Positions 63,240-64,000 of a stretch of 64,000 bases of DNA are shown here, piece after piece. This DNA is from Octopus sinensis (lineage: Eukaryota). The notes below the pieces were generated by a model. The model was not told the origin of the DNA. It did no database searches and was given only the letters and a program-made list of their open reading frames with translations. Made by a program: the position numbers and the translations under genes. The stretch spans positions 78,120,001 through 78,184,000 of the forward strand of contig NC_043006.1 of assembly GCF_006345805.1 (NCBI RefSeq), in the 5' to 3' direction. Positions within the stretch are counted from its first letter, which is position 1. Every line of letters starts with the position of its first letter.

Positions 63240-63451
63240 CTCCAAACTGTTACACTTGCTTGTTGTTCATACACCTGTCTTCGTCTTTTGTTTTCCTATG
63301 AACTTCAACGATATATATATATATATAAATGGATGAATGAATTATCCTTTGTTTACCGTTAACATGGAAAATTCCTTTGGAATAAAACCAATGTTGTCTT
63401 CGAAACATATGTCGAAAGTAAAAGAATTTGGATAGCATCTGCGTTCAACTC

Positions 63452-63554
<103 letters not shown>

Positions 63555-64000
63555 TGTATGTGTATGTATGTATGTAGTATGTATGTATGTATGTATGTAT
63601 GTATGTATGTATGTATGTATGTAGGTAGGTAGGTAGGTAGGTAGGTATATGCGGATGAACTATCCGACAAATGTACGTGTCGAATTTATTCAAAACACCA
63701 TGTAGTTATAATTATTACTACGTGAAATCAAATAACGTAGGTGATTGATAAATTTGAACTAAAACTGATCTCAAAGAAGCTAGCCACGCCGCCTACATGA
63801 TTTTTCTAATTTCTCTTCCTGTTCATCCTCCTCTTTATTTCCTACCATTCTAGCATATTATTCTTGATTCTATTTTTACATCGGCCATTCCTAACAATCC
63901 CCAGCTATTTCTCTGTAATAACAACTTTCGTATTGCTGCCTAGTTTATTTCCGTGATGTCAAAAATATTTCTATTTTAAGGAAACGAAACAATGATACGC

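Noticed and set aside
63370-63420. GAAACATATGTC|GAAAG as another hammerhead
   Set aside because: The 3' half is suggestive (palindrome + GUC), but the 5' core is unrecognisable in this copy.

Overview
AT-rich, microsatellite-saturated eukaryotic DNA. The repeat complement points to an Octopus genome (inference). Only two host genes are supportable. They are paralogous, single-coding-exon class-B/adhesion-like (Methuselah-like, GAIN-less, somatomedin-B-bearing) 7TM receptors in convergent orientation: 24552-26393 (+) and 44616-46532 (-). The rest is transposon-derived: Penelope-like (GIY-YIG) relics, two CR1/L2-type LINE fragments, an L1/Tx1 fragment, a Tc1/mariner fragment, several tRNA-derived SINE families, Merlin-type and pogo/mariner MITEs, non-autonomous Helitrons, an (AAT)n-associated ~550-bp element and a 5S rRNA fragment. 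The main hidden signal is about 11 hammerhead-ribozyme-like motifs from several unrelated short non-coding elements. They have minimal palindromic stem III and include two non-canonical catalytic cores: a U3:A8 covariant and a family-wide A6U variant. One lies in sense orientation about 270 nt downstream of a GPCR stop codon. A second signal is SINE/LINE partnership visible within the window: shared 3' tails with compensatory stem-loop changes, and SINE tail swapping. All structures were read by eye; no folding, alignment or database search was run.
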